From IMG/VR virus record IMGVR_UViG_3300049928_000003, positions 1 to 28,128 of that record: 28,128 bases of DNA; one strand, given 5' to 3'. The position numbers and the translations under genes are program-made. Source of the stretch: a virus (Duplodnaviria; Caudoviricetes). The notes under the pieces are model-generated. The model made no database searches and had not been told where the DNA came from. It saw only the letters and a program-made list of their open reading frames with translations. Positions 7,696-16,777 of the stretch are shown in pieces; within the stretch, counting starts at the first letter, position 1; each line of letters starts with the position of its first letter.

Positions 7696-8206
7696 TTATA
7701 CAGATGAACAAAAGGCTGCCGTATATATGTCTCTCGGAATCTCGGATGGCAACGTCAAACGTGCCACCCGGGAAACCGGAGTTCCCGAGCAGACTGTTCG
7801 TAACTGGAAGAAGTCGTGGGCCGAGAAAGGCCCGCCAGAAGGGGTCGTAACCAGCGCAGAGGATAAAGTAATTCCTGGCTTCGTAGAAGCTGCGGTGTCT
7901 ACACGAGACGCAGCCTTGATGAAGATCCAGGAAATGCTCCCTCAGACTACGGTTAAGGATCTTTCTAATCTGATTAAAGTCGTTGGTATTCTAGACGACA
8001 AGGTGCGCATGGCCTTAGGTCTTGCGACACAAAGAGTTGAGCACACCAGCGCGCTTCCTTCGCCGGAAGAAATGCGGGAGATTGGGCGAGAATTCGCTCA
8101 AGGTGCTATTGAGGCTTCACACACCCGTGAGGCTATCATTGATGCAGAGATTGTGGAACAAGCTATCCCAAAAAGGAAAGCACTCACCAGTCCCTTGCAT
8201 GATTAA
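7679..8206 (+). CDS. Helix-turn-helix protein, probable terminase small subunit (175 aa)
   Basis: MGRPSSYTDEQK...NVKRATRETGVPEQTVRNWKK HTH followed by a helical oligomerisation-like segment (GILDDKVRMALGLATQRVEH). Confidence 0.7.
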   Translation: MGRPSSYTDEQKAAVYMSLGISDGNVKRATRETGVPEQTVRNWKKSWAEKGPPEGVVTSAEDKVIPGFVEAAVSTRDAALMKIQEMLPQTTVKDLSNLIKVVGILDDKVRMALGLATQRVEHTSALPSPEEMREIGREFAQGAIEASHTREAIIDAEIVEQAIPKRKALTSPLHD

Positions 8207-8219
8207 GGAGTAAAACAGA

Positions 8220-9110
8220 ATGGCAATTGAGTCGGACGCACAGGCGACCGAGGCACTCATGGCTAGCTTTGCAGAACCGGTAGCTCCGGAAGCTGCGCCT
8301 ACCCAGGAACAAGCCCCGGTACAGGAAGCACCTACTCCACAGGTCGAGGCTGGAACAACCGATCCGTCGGATTCCCTTACGAGCTTTGACGAGTCCCTCT
8401 ACGCAACCCTTCCTCCCGAGGCCCGCGCTCTCGTGGACAACGCGAAGAAGAGTTTCCAGTCGGACTATACGCGCAAGACGCAGGAACTAGCAGAACAGCG
8501 AAAGCAGTTCGAAGGTCTAGATCCGGACATTGCGCGTCAGTCGGTCGAGTACGTTACTCGGCTGTCTAACGACCCTGAATTTCTCGTTCAGGCATTCGAG
8601 AACATGAAGACCGCGCTTGAGCAGATGGGATTGTCTCCACAGGAGGCAGCTACCCAGGCTGCACAGCAGGTTACTACTGATCTTTCGGATGACTATGACG
8701 ATGATGAAGGGGGAGTATCCCCCGCACTTGAGGCTAGACTTGCACGTCTAGAAGAGTGGGAGACTAAGATCGAGCAGGAGCGCACACAGACGTATCTTGC
8801 TAATGAGGCGCTCCGTCAGGAGCAGATCATTAGGACTTCTCATCCCGAGTATGGCGACGATGATCTTGGTAATATCATGGAACTTGCATGGTCTACGGGT
8901 GGTAATCTCATCCAGGCTAGCGAGAAGTATGGTGTTATGCGAGATTATTTCGCACGTCAGCTACTTGATCAGAAGGCTTCGGTTTCTAGTGCTCTCGACC
9001 CTGCACCGGCCAACCAGGTCGCCGCAGAGGCTCCGAAGTCCTTCGACAATCTTGAAGATGCCCATAAGGCAGCGATGGAGCGTTGGAGGCAGATTACTGC
9101 TAACGACTAG
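8220..9110 (+). CDS. Capsid scaffolding protein (296 aa)
   Basis: Acidic and helical, with KSFQSDYTRKTQELAEQRK; immediately upstream of the major capsid gene. Confidence 0.88.
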   Translation: MAIESDAQATEALMASFAEPVAPEAAPTQEQAPVQEAPTPQVEAGTTDPSDSLTSFDESLYATLPPEARALVDNAKKSFQSDYTRKTQELAEQRKQFEGLDPDIARQSVEYVTRLSNDPEFLVQAFENMKTALEQMGLSPQEAATQAAQQVTTDLSDDYDDDEGGVSPALEARLARLEEWETKIEQERTQTYLANEALRQEQIIRTSHPEYGDDDLGNIMELAWSTGGNLIQASEKYGVMRDYFARQLLDQKASVSSALDPAPANQVAAEAPKSFDNLEDAHKAAMERWRQITAND

Positions 9111-9148
9111 TCCTTAACGTGGGGTTGTCAACCCTTCGTATTAAGGAG
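9111..9148 (+). promoter_or_regulatory. Hairpin sequestering the capsid Shine-Dalgarno
   Basis: TCCTTAA 9111-9117 pairs with TTAAGGA 9141-9147; inner stem GGGGTT 9121-9126/AACCCT 9130-9135. Confidence 0.55.
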
Positions 9149-9153
9149 AAACA

Positions 9154-10395
9154 GTGGCTTTCACCACTCTCTCCGGTGCCACCCTTACTACCCTATCGGG
9201 TATCCTGAAGGAGTATTACCTTCCTCCGGTGATTGAGCAGATCAATAACGATGTGCTTCTTCTCCAGCGGCTTGATACTTCCACGCAGGAAATCTTTGGT
9301 AAGTATGTTGTGGTTCCGGTTCATACGGGCCGCACGGGTTCCATTGGCGCACGCGCCGAGGGTGCTCCGCTGCCTGATGCAGGAAACCAGTCGTACACGA
9401 ATGCCCATTATGATCTTACCGGTCTATATGGCACCGTGCGCGCAACTGGTCTGTCCATGGTTAAGACTTCGAGTGACGCTGGATCCTTCCTTCAGTCGCT
9501 TAAGTCTGAGCTAGACTTTATTCGAAACGACCTTCGTAAGGATCTTGCACGCCAGATCTACGGTACGGGCGACGGTGTTATCACGACTTGTGGTACCACG
9601 ACTGCCTCCGCTGTTGTGGTTCTGTCGGGTACGGGTTTCAACGAGGCGATCAATAAGGGTCAGCTTTACGTCGGTATGCTTGTCGATATCGGGGTCGTTG
9701 CCAACCAGCAGTCCATCGCTCAGGGTCGCTCGATCACCGCTATTACGCCAGCTACCCCGTCGATCACGATTTCGGGTGCCGTGGTTACCACGTCCTCGTC
9801 TAACTTCGTGTTCCGCGCGGGCGCTGTCGGTCAGACGGTGACGGCGGAAATCAACGGCCTCCAGAACGCAGTTCCTACTGCTGCCAACGTGTTCGGTACG
9901 ATTGACGCGACGGTCGCTGCGGGCGCTTTCTGGGACGTTCTCCGCGATACCACGTCGGCTAACCTGTCGATGGATAAGCTGATGCAGGCGTTCAACCGCG
10001 TGCGTCAGGCTGGTGGTCAGACGAGTCTGGTTATCACTTCGCTAGGCGTTCAGCGCGGTTACTTCGATCTGTTCACGCAGACCACGAAGTTCACCGATCC
10101 GCTGAACCTTGCGGGTGGTTTCGAGGCTCTAACGTTCATGGGTAAGCCCGTGGTCGCTGATATTGATGCTCCGTACGGCAAGGTGTACCTCCTTGACGAG
10201 CGGTACCTCAAGGTCTTCAGCAATGACGACTGGCACTTCCTGGACGAGGATGGGCAGACTCTGCATCGTAATCTCGGTTACGACGCCTACGAGGCAACTC
10301 TAGCGCGTTACATGCAGTTCGGTCTTACTCGTCGGAACGTTCAGTTCGTGATGACTGCGGTTCAGGTCAACTCGGCTGCCGATCCCGGCTTCTAA
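9154..10395 (+). CDS. Major capsid protein (413 aa)
   Basis: AAGGAG SD plus GTG; ILKEYYLPPVIEQINN, ARAEGAPLPDAG, GGFEALTFMGKPVVADIDAP and DAYEATL motifs; size and position after the scaffold. Confidence 0.92.
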   Translation: MAFTTLSGATLTTLSGILKEYYLPPVIEQINNDVLLLQRLDTSTQEIFGKYVVVPVHTGRTGSIGARAEGAPLPDAGNQSYTNAHYDLTGLYGTVRATGLSMVKTSSDAGSFLQSLKSELDFIRNDLRKDLARQIYGTGDGVITTCGTTTASAVVVLSGTGFNEAINKGQLYVGMLVDIGVVANQQSIAQGRSITAITPATPSITISGAVVTTSSSNFVFRAGAVGQTVTAEINGLQNAVPTAANVFGTIDATVAAGAFWDVLRDTTSANLSMDKLMQAFNRVRQAGGQTSLVITSLGVQRGYFDLFTQTTKFTDPLNLAGGFEALTFMGKPVVADIDAPYGKVYLLDERYLKVFSNDDWHFLDEDGQTLHRNLGYDAYEATLARYMQFGLTRRNVQFVMTAVQVNSAADPGF

Positions 10396-10402
10396 GCCAA
10401 TC

Positions 10403-10431
10403 GTACTCCTGGGCATGAGTATAAACTGCCC
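10403..10431 (+). other. Compact H-type RNA pseudoknot
   Basis: Stem 1 GTACTC 10403-10408/GAGTAT 10417-10422; stem 2 GGGCA 10411-10415/TGCCC 10427-10431; loops CT, T and AAAC. Confidence 0.75.
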
Positions 10432-10436
10432 CTCAC

Positions 10437-10507
10437 TGAGACTTCTTCTAACGGTAGGAAGGCTGGCTCTGACCCAGACAATACACGTTCGAATCGTGTA
10501 GACTCAG
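10437..10507 (+). tRNA. tRNA-Gln(CUG)
   Basis: Acceptor TGAGACT/AGACTCA (U1-A72, one mismatch), G73, D stem TTCT/GGAA, anticodon loop CT-CTG-AC (10469-10471), T arm ACACG-TTCGAAT-CGTGT; CCA not encoded. Confidence 0.9.
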
Positions 10508-10527
10508 CTAACAACAAAGGAAACACT

Positions 10528-10959
10528 ATGTCCACATTGTACGTTCCGGGGCTCGGTGACGTTACCCCGAAGCACCTAAGAGTGCATAAGGCAGTTAAAG
10601 AATATGAAGAACGATGCTCATTTAAACGTAACCCAGACACAGGGCAGATGTGCGTTTATATCACCATGCCTCGGGGATGGGATCCCCCGGAGATTCCGGT
10701 CGTAGGCTGGAACGAAGAAGCCATACCGCATGAAGACGATGTAGTTAAGTGGCTGTACCAGCACGATGCGTCTAGACACGGAGATAAACTCCGTCAGGAT
10801 ATGAATAAGAGAAATGAAGACCGTAAAAAGGCTGCATGGTATGACCTTGAGAATGACCACGTTGAGGCTACGGCTGAGGCTATGGAGTTTGAAATTCGCA
10901 AGGCAGGCGAGCATCCTAACCACAAGAGCCTAAGAAAGGTTCCTAAGAAAGGAGACTAA
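10528..10959 (+). CDS. Hypothetical protein (143 aa)
   Basis: AAAGGA SD; TAATG overlap with the next gene. Confidence 0.8.
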   Translation: MSTLYVPGLGDVTPKHLRVHKAVKEYEERCSFKRNPDTGQMCVYITMPRGWDPPEIPVVGWNEEAIPHEDDVVKWLYQHDASRHGDKLRQDMNKRNEDRKKAAWYDLENDHVEATAEAMEFEIRKAGEHPNHKSLRKVPKKGD

Positions 10960-11609
10960 TGCTCGCAACTGAAATGATCGTGGAAATGAGTGATCACGGT
11001 TTCTCAGATCTAACTGATCTTCGCGCTCTTAGTTTCCTGAACGATACCTATTACGAATTCTGTTCCCTAGAAGTGTGGCCGTTCCTTGAGACGACGAATG
11101 CCTCTGTCCTTACGGTAGTAGGCAATCCGATCCTCACGAACATGCCTGCTGACTGGCGTGCAGTGCTCAATATTCTCAACACGACTACCGGCAACTTTCT
11201 GTCTCCTGAACGTAGGGAGACTATCGAGAAGCGGTTCTCTATCTACATGCTTACGCGTGGAGAACCCGTCTGGTACTATCGTCTGGGCAATACTATTAAA
11301 CTCTATAATGTCCCCGATGCCGTGTATACGCTATCGGTAGATTACGTGAAGCGGCCCGCAGCGTTGACGACTCCGACTACGGGAGGTAGCGATTCCTCGC
11401 CAATCTTCCCGGTCGATCATCACCGCTTACTTGTCCTCGGAGCCCTTGCTAAGGCGAATGCGATGGAGGACGATCCGACAACTGCTCAGTATTTCGATGG
11501 ACTATACCAAGCTAAAATCCAGAAGGTTCGAGCCGATCTATGGGGCTGGCAGTACGATAGGCCAGACCGGATTATCGATATCTTTGAGAACGACGCATTT
11601 GATTACTAG
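10959..11609 (+). CDS. Head-tail adaptor / tail tubular protein A-like (216 aa)
   Basis: LSFLND.Y.E.C....WPFL, MPADW, GEPVWYY...IKLYNVPDAVYTL.VDY and SPIFPVDHHRLLVLGALAKA patterns of podoviral adaptors. Confidence 0.8.
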   Translation: MLATEMIVEMSDHGFSDLTDLRALSFLNDTYYEFCSLEVWPFLETTNASVLTVVGNPILTNMPADWRAVLNILNTTTGNFLSPERRETIEKRFSIYMLTRGEPVWYYRLGNTIKLYNVPDAVYTLSVDYVKRPAALTTPTTGGSDSSPIFPVDHHRLLVLGALAKANAMEDDPTTAQYFDGLYQAKIQKVRADLWGWQYDRPDRIIDIFENDAFDY

Positions 11610-11619
11610 GGGGTGAAGC

Positions 11620-13806
11620 ATGGCTAGTGTCCTTGATCAACATGAGGTTGGCCCCTATAACGCGGGCGTTAATCTTTCCATGCTTCCCGACCAAATTTCA
11701 GACAACGAAGCAGTTGTAATTCAGGATATGTTTCTTGATAAGCCAGGTAAGATTTATAGTCGTGGCCCTATCAAGAATACCGTTCAGAATGCGAGCACCT
11801 TCGCTGGACTTTCCAAGAATGTACGCGGGATCTTTTCGACGGTAGCCCCTGATGGTACAACGCATATTGCGTCTGTTACCCAGGATCAGGGTGCTGCTAA
11901 TCTTAACTTCTCTGTCCTCGCGGATGACGCACATAACGTACAGTTCAGCACGGTTATCGATAGCGCTATGCCTACCACGAGTGACTGTCTTGTAGATGCA
12001 AAGCCTGCCCTTGGTGGCGGTGTCTGGGTTGGTACTCAAGAGCTAAACACGACGCTCTCTCAGACTGGTAGGCAGTGTCTTTTCCACTGGCGTGGAGGGA
12101 CAAAGGCCGATTACGCGACGGGTACTATCACCACGACGGCAGGTTCCACTACTGTTAACGGCACAGGCACTACCTGGTTAGCTAATGTTACTTCTGGTAT
12201 GTTCCTTATGATTTCCGACACGACCAATATGTTCCAGGTCGGTGTTGTTAAAAGCGTAGTGAACAACACCCAGCTTATCCTAGAAAGTCCTGCTACAAAC
12301 GCATTGACTACGGCAGCATACGCCCTCCGCTCGATTCGAGGATGGGGTCTCCTAGTCGCTAAGGGCCGTATCTCAACCGTTGTAGGAAGTCCTACTGTGA
12401 TTGGATCAGGTACAAAGTTTCTCTCGCAGGGTCTTAACACTAATAGCTGGAATCTTGTGCGCGCACGAGACGGAGCTAACATTGGTGGAGCGGTTACGTC
12501 TGTTCAGGGAGAAGAAGGATTAACTCTAACGAGTAATGCAACTATAGCGATGGACAATGAGCCCTATTATGCATGGCCTCTGACGCTGTATAACTTCGGC
12601 TTCTATACAATTTCCCCTACGACAAACCCGAGATACTTTCCCGGCGCATTGAATGCTACGTACGCGGGACTTCAGTGGTTTGCTAGAGAAGATCAGCCAA
12701 CAACTGTGGGTGTAGGAGACATGCATTCCCGAGTTTGGTACTCGGACTATCGCAATCAGTATTCTATCGATATGCAGAGCCAAGACGGGGACTTTATCCA
12801 GGTTCCTTCGTCGGTCGGGCAGAACCTTCCGATCAGAGCTATTTGGCCTATGCAGAATATGCTACTGATCTTCAAGGAGAACGAAACCTTTGCGATCACC
12901 GGGGATAGTCCCGACAACTTTGCACTCAATAAGATTCTAGACGATGGTTGTCTATGTCTCAACAGTGTGGTAGGCTATAAGGGAACAGTTATCTGGTGTG
13001 GGCGTAGCGGAATTTATCAGTTCGACGGGGTTCATCCTGCGGTTAATCTGGTAGAACGCAGCCTCGGAGCTAACTATACTTCGACTATGGCGTACTTTGA
13101 TCCCCGGATCAATAAGATCAGCGGAGCGGTTTACAATGACACATATGTGTATAGCTGTAACTCGAATACCCCGCCATCGAGTGGATTCTACAATCCTGTT
13201 CAGTTGTATTACATCATCAAAAATGGTGTATCTAGCAATCCAACAGGATCTACGGGACTAGGTTCGGGAGCTATTTACATACCTACTCGCGCTCTATCCT
13301 TTATCTTTAACTTGTTCCTAATTGGATCAGCTAAGATTAACCAAAGCGCTTACTACCTAACTCAGGGAGTATTGACTACAGCTTTCTACGTCTGTGACTT
13401 TTCGACATTATTCACAGAACAGAACGGAGTCGATTATCCCGATCAGGTAAACCTGGCTCTATCTCCAGATCCTTACTTCGAGAGTAAGCGTTACTCTTGT
13501 AAAGATCCTCTTCGTCTTAAGGCTTTCAAACAGATCATCAATACGTATTCTACAGGTAATACGCGTATGGTGACAGAGATTGCTCCTGGTCTAGGAGAAT
13601 CTGGTCTTGCAGCTAGTTGGACGGTTCTAACAACGGCGTATGCAAATACGTCAAATGTGATCACAACGACTAGGACTAAGTTCCTGAGGCGAAATCGTTA
13701 TCTAGGAATTAAGATATACAACACCGTTGGTGCTGGTCAGTTCGGTCGATGGACTCTGAAGATTACTTCTATCGGGTTCAAGTGGCAGAAGGTAGGTAGA
13801 GTCTAG
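11620..13806 (+). CDS. Tail nozzle / tail tubular protein B-like (728 aa)
   Basis: GVN....PDQISDNEA....DM N-terminus, RVWYSD, LLIFKENETFAITGDSPDNF and GIYQFDG propeller-like motifs; follows the adaptor. Confidence 0.8.
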   Translation: MASVLDQHEVGPYNAGVNLSMLPDQISDNEAVVIQDMFLDKPGKIYSRGPIKNTVQNASTFAGLSKNVRGIFSTVAPDGTTHIASVTQDQGAANLNFSVLADDAHNVQFSTVIDSAMPTTSDCLVDAKPALGGGVWVGTQELNTTLSQTGRQCLFHWRGGTKADYATGTITTTAGSTTVNGTGTTWLANVTSGMFLMISDTTNMFQVGVVKSVVNNTQLILESPATNALTTAAYALRSIRGWGLLVAKGRISTVVGSPTVIGSGTKFLSQGLNTNSWNLVRARDGANIGGAVTSVQGEEGLTLTSNATIAMDNEPYYAWPLTLYNFGFYTISPTTNPRYFPGALNATYAGLQWFAREDQPTTVGVGDMHSRVWYSDYRNQYSIDMQSQDGDFIQVPSSVGQNLPIRAIWPMQNMLLIFKENETFAITGDSPDNFALNKILDDGCLCLNSVVGYKGTVIWCGRSGIYQFDGVHPAVNLVERSLGANYTSTMAYFDPRINKISGAVYNDTYVYSCNSNTPPSSGFYNPVQLYYIIKNGVSSNPTGSTGLGSGAIYIPTRALSFIFNLFLIGSAKINQSAYYLTQGVLTTAFYVCDFSTLFTEQNGVDYPDQVNLALSPDPYFESKRYSCKDPLRLKAFKQIINTYSTGNTRMVTEIAPGLGESGLAASWTVLTTAYANTSNVITTTRTKFLRRNRYLGIKIYNTVGAGQFGRWTLKITSIGFKWQKVGRV

Positions 13807-14432
13807 TGACTAATTTTGGCCCTGCTCTACGTCAAGCACGTTCGGGAGATGTTCCTATATGGGATGCCCAGCAGAATCAATGGGTACCTAATCGTCTAGC
13901 TAAACTTGTCACCGGCCTACCCACAGGGGCTCAGGACGGGCAGATGGTACGTTACAGGGCCTCTGGAGCCTTCGTGAATACTTCCCCTGCGGTAAATCTC
14001 GAATGGATGTTTTCTTATAACTCCGCTGAGAATTACTGGTATCATATGGGCGGAGGCCCTGCGGTTAACTTCAGTACCGCTGCGGATACTACAACCAGTC
14101 TTACTTATGTAGCACCAACCAATGCTCAGGAAATGTCTTTCCCTCTTTCGGGGGATTGGCTAGTAGCTCTGCATTCGGACTTGTCCAATTCAGTCTCGAA
14201 TTACACGACTGGTGCTGCTATTAGCTATGACATTGGAGCCTTCGGTGCTAATGATGATTGGTCAGTTTTCACCTTCAAGGTGGACGCAGGCGTACGCTTC
14301 GGACGACCGTATTACCTCCATACAGGAGTTGTTGCTGGTGACAAGTTGAAGATCAGGCTACGAGCAGTCAACGCAGGTACGGGAAGAATCGCACAGCGTC
14401 TCATCAATATCGTCCCGTTTAGAGTTAGATAA
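13806..14432 (+). CDS. Putative short tail fibre or tail-associated beta protein (208 aa)
   Basis: GDVPIWDAQQNQWVP and GLPTGAQDGQ fibre-type motifs, beta-rich C-terminus; TAGTG coupling. Confidence 0.6.
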   Translation: MTNFGPALRQARSGDVPIWDAQQNQWVPNRLAKLVTGLPTGAQDGQMVRYRASGAFVNTSPAVNLEWMFSYNSAENYWYHMGGGPAVNFSTAADTTTSLTYVAPTNAQEMSFPLSGDWLVALHSDLSNSVSNYTTGAAISYDIGAFGANDDWSVFTFKVDAGVRFGRPYYLHTGVVAGDKLKIRLRAVNAGTGRIAQRLINIVPFRVR

Positions 14433-14441
14433 GGAGGGCAT

Positions 14442-15089
14442 ATGGCAGCAACAGATACATATAGTGCGCCTCCTGATTTCGCTGGACGACAGACTAACAT
14501 CAATACGGCATATAATACGGCCCTAGCGCAGTTACAGCAGAAACAATCACTCCTGTATAACCAGATGGGCTATAAAGACGGAACGACAAATCTCGATGCC
14601 GGTAACCAATACGGTACGATTCAGCAAATATTGCATAGCGCGGGTGGCGCATTAATGGCTGATGATCGGGCAGAACATTCTCGCGGTCTGAATCAGGACT
14701 CTGGTCTTGGTGCTCAGCGGGCTCGTCTGGTCGCGTACCAGTCGGGACTACAGCGCAACACGGCTGGACAGCAGTTTCAAGGCGGTCTTGCAGATATTGG
14801 CAACGCTCGTACAGGCGCACTACAGACGTACAACACGGACAATACACAACTTGGCGAAGATCAAGCTCAGTGGAATGCTCAGCAGAACGCGCAGAACGAT
14901 GCGATTGCGAACTACAACAAGCTACTTCAGCAGCTTTCTCAGCAGGCAAGTCCATCAGAAACCCCTCAGGCTGGTATTGGAAACTCCGTTGCATCTTATC
15001 TACCACCGGCTACAATCGCAGCCGCGGCAGCTAAGAGCAAGAAGCCTGTAATTGGTAAACCAGGAAATAGCGGTATTCATGCAATGTAA
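14442..15089 (+). CDS. Gln/Ala/Asn-rich putative internal virion (ejection) protein (215 aa)
   Basis: AAGGAGG SD; composition and position after the tail genes. Confidence 0.65.
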   Translation: MAATDTYSAPPDFAGRQTNINTAYNTALAQLQQKQSLLYNQMGYKDGTTNLDAGNQYGTIQQILHSAGGALMADDRAEHSRGLNQDSGLGAQRARLVAYQSGLQRNTAGQQFQGGLADIGNARTGALQTYNTDNTQLGEDQAQWNAQQNAQNDAIANYNKLLQQLSQQASPSETPQAGIGNSVASYLPPATIAAAAAKSKKPVIGKPGNSGIHAM

Positions 15090-15100
15090 GGGGGTGTTAA

Positions 15101-16768
15101 ATGGCCGTTCCTATTAAGAGCGGAGGCAATGGCGCTACTAAGTTAGCGCAGGTACATCCTACTATTGCGGGTGGAGTTACTATTCCCCCTGATCCTAGGA
15201 AGCCTATTGCGAATATTCGCGGGGTTCCGATCTATTCGAATCCCGCTGGAGGACAGCCTATTCCTGGTAACACAGGCAACGGTACCTCCATTGATGCTAC
15301 TCGCAATATGCTCATTCAGCACGGGTATAATGTAGACCCTACAGGCGGTTCGACACCTAGGCTGGTTAAAGCCCTAATGCACTTCCAGAAGACGAGCGGT
15401 AAGGGCGTGGACATATGGAATGCCCACAATCCTACCCAGCAGGAACGGTCTGCCCAGCAAGTGCTATCGTCGCCTACGACTAATCTCCCTTTCGGGGGAC
15501 AGAATCAGGCAAAGACTTCCGGTAAAAAGGGAGCACAGACTGCTCCGCTAGGACGCCATCAGGGCACTCAGCAGAGTAATCCTTTCAATGTGACCCCAGA
15601 CTCTACTCAGGTGAATAGCAATGGAGCACTTCCGGGTACCCTCCAGGAACTTATGGATCAGTATTCAAAGTCTCTGAATCCGGCTAACATTAATCTACAG
15701 AAGCCAACCCTCGACCCAGAAATGTACTCCCAGGCTCAGGCTAATATGGAGTACGGCCCGGTCATCGGCCAGCTTAAAGATCAGATTGGAATGCTTAATG
15801 GCGCAGAACCGGGGGCTGAACAGAACATTGCCAACTACTATAAGCCCGTTAATGATCTGGCCGCGACCGCTACCGCAACAGGTGCCGCTGCCGGAGCCAA
15901 GAACGTCGCTGACCAGTCAGGTATGGCCGCTAAGATTGCAGCCAGCCTCGGGCTCTCGGGAGCCGCTGCGGGAGGACTAGCGGGACAGGGCGCATCGAAT
16001 TCGGACTTTGCTTCAAATCTTGCGGCCATTATGAACCAGCAGAATGCTCAGCAGCAGGTGAATGTTGGTAATAACCAGCAGCAGGCGGAGACTACGCAGC
16101 AGTCGAATAACATCAACTCTGTCGCAGCTCTACGCTCTCAGCTTCTAGGTCAGATCGCTGCCAAGGGGCAGGCTCAGACGAAGTATCAGACTGATGCCGA
16201 AGGTCTTAAGCAGCAGGAGCAGACGAACTACATTAATAATGAAGGAACTCTACTCAACCAGAAGACTACGGCTGCGTTAGCTCTACCTCAGATCGCATCT
16301 GCGTATCAGGGCCTTACCAAGAACCAGCAGGGACTAGACGCCACTACGGCGCTTCTTCCCGGACAGGTCAAGGGTCAGAACCTTACGAATGCGCTTAATC
16401 AGCAGCGTCTATTAATTAATGGACAGCAGGCTAATCAGTCGCAGAGACTTGCGAATGCTCAGATCTTTAAGATCTTGCATCCAGCTAACAATCAAAATCA
16501 GCAGCTTCCTTGGAATGCAGTCTCGGTTCCCAATCGAGTTGGTCTAGGTAATCAGCTTCATAAGCTATTTAGTCGGGCAGCAGGGCCGAACGCAGCTCTC
16601 AGCGGCATGATCGAATACACGAAGAACCAGCTAGGCTATAGCGGCCCTCAGGTGACTAAGTTCATCAAGAGCGTCGTAAACCAGAATTGGGCCAAGAGCA
16701 ATCCTAATGCACATTGGGATGATGCGAAGCAGGCTTATGTTAATAAACAAGGGAAGAAGATCGGCTAA
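15101..16768 (+). CDS. Gln/Asn-rich putative ejection protein with a peptidoglycan-binding-like segment (555 aa)
   Basis: GGGGGTG SD; TRNMLIQHGYNVDPTGGSTPRLVKALMHFQK resembles a PG_binding_1 helix pair; long Q/N/A helical region. Confidence 0.65.
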   Translation: MAVPIKSGGNGATKLAQVHPTIAGGVTIPPDPRKPIANIRGVPIYSNPAGGQPIPGNTGNGTSIDATRNMLIQHGYNVDPTGGSTPRLVKALMHFQKTSGKGVDIWNAHNPTQQERSAQQVLSSPTTNLPFGGQNQAKTSGKKGAQTAPLGRHQGTQQSNPFNVTPDSTQVNSNGALPGTLQELMDQYSKSLNPANINLQKPTLDPEMYSQAQANMEYGPVIGQLKDQIGMLNGAEPGAEQNIANYYKPVNDLAATATATGAAAGAKNVADQSGMAAKIAASLGLSGAAAGGLAGQGASNSDFASNLAAIMNQQNAQQQVNVGNNQQQAETTQQSNNINSVAALRSQLLGQIAAKGQAQTKYQTDAEGLKQQEQTNYINNEGTLLNQKTTAALALPQIASAYQGLTKNQQGLDATTALLPGQVKGQNLTNALNQQRLLINGQQANQSQRLANAQIFKILHPANNQNQQLPWNAVSVPNRVGLGNQLHKLFSRAAGPNAALSGMIEYTKNQLGYSGPQVTKFIKSVVNQNWAKSNPNAHWDDAKQAYVNKQGKKIG

Positions 16769-16777
16769 GGAGGTAAC

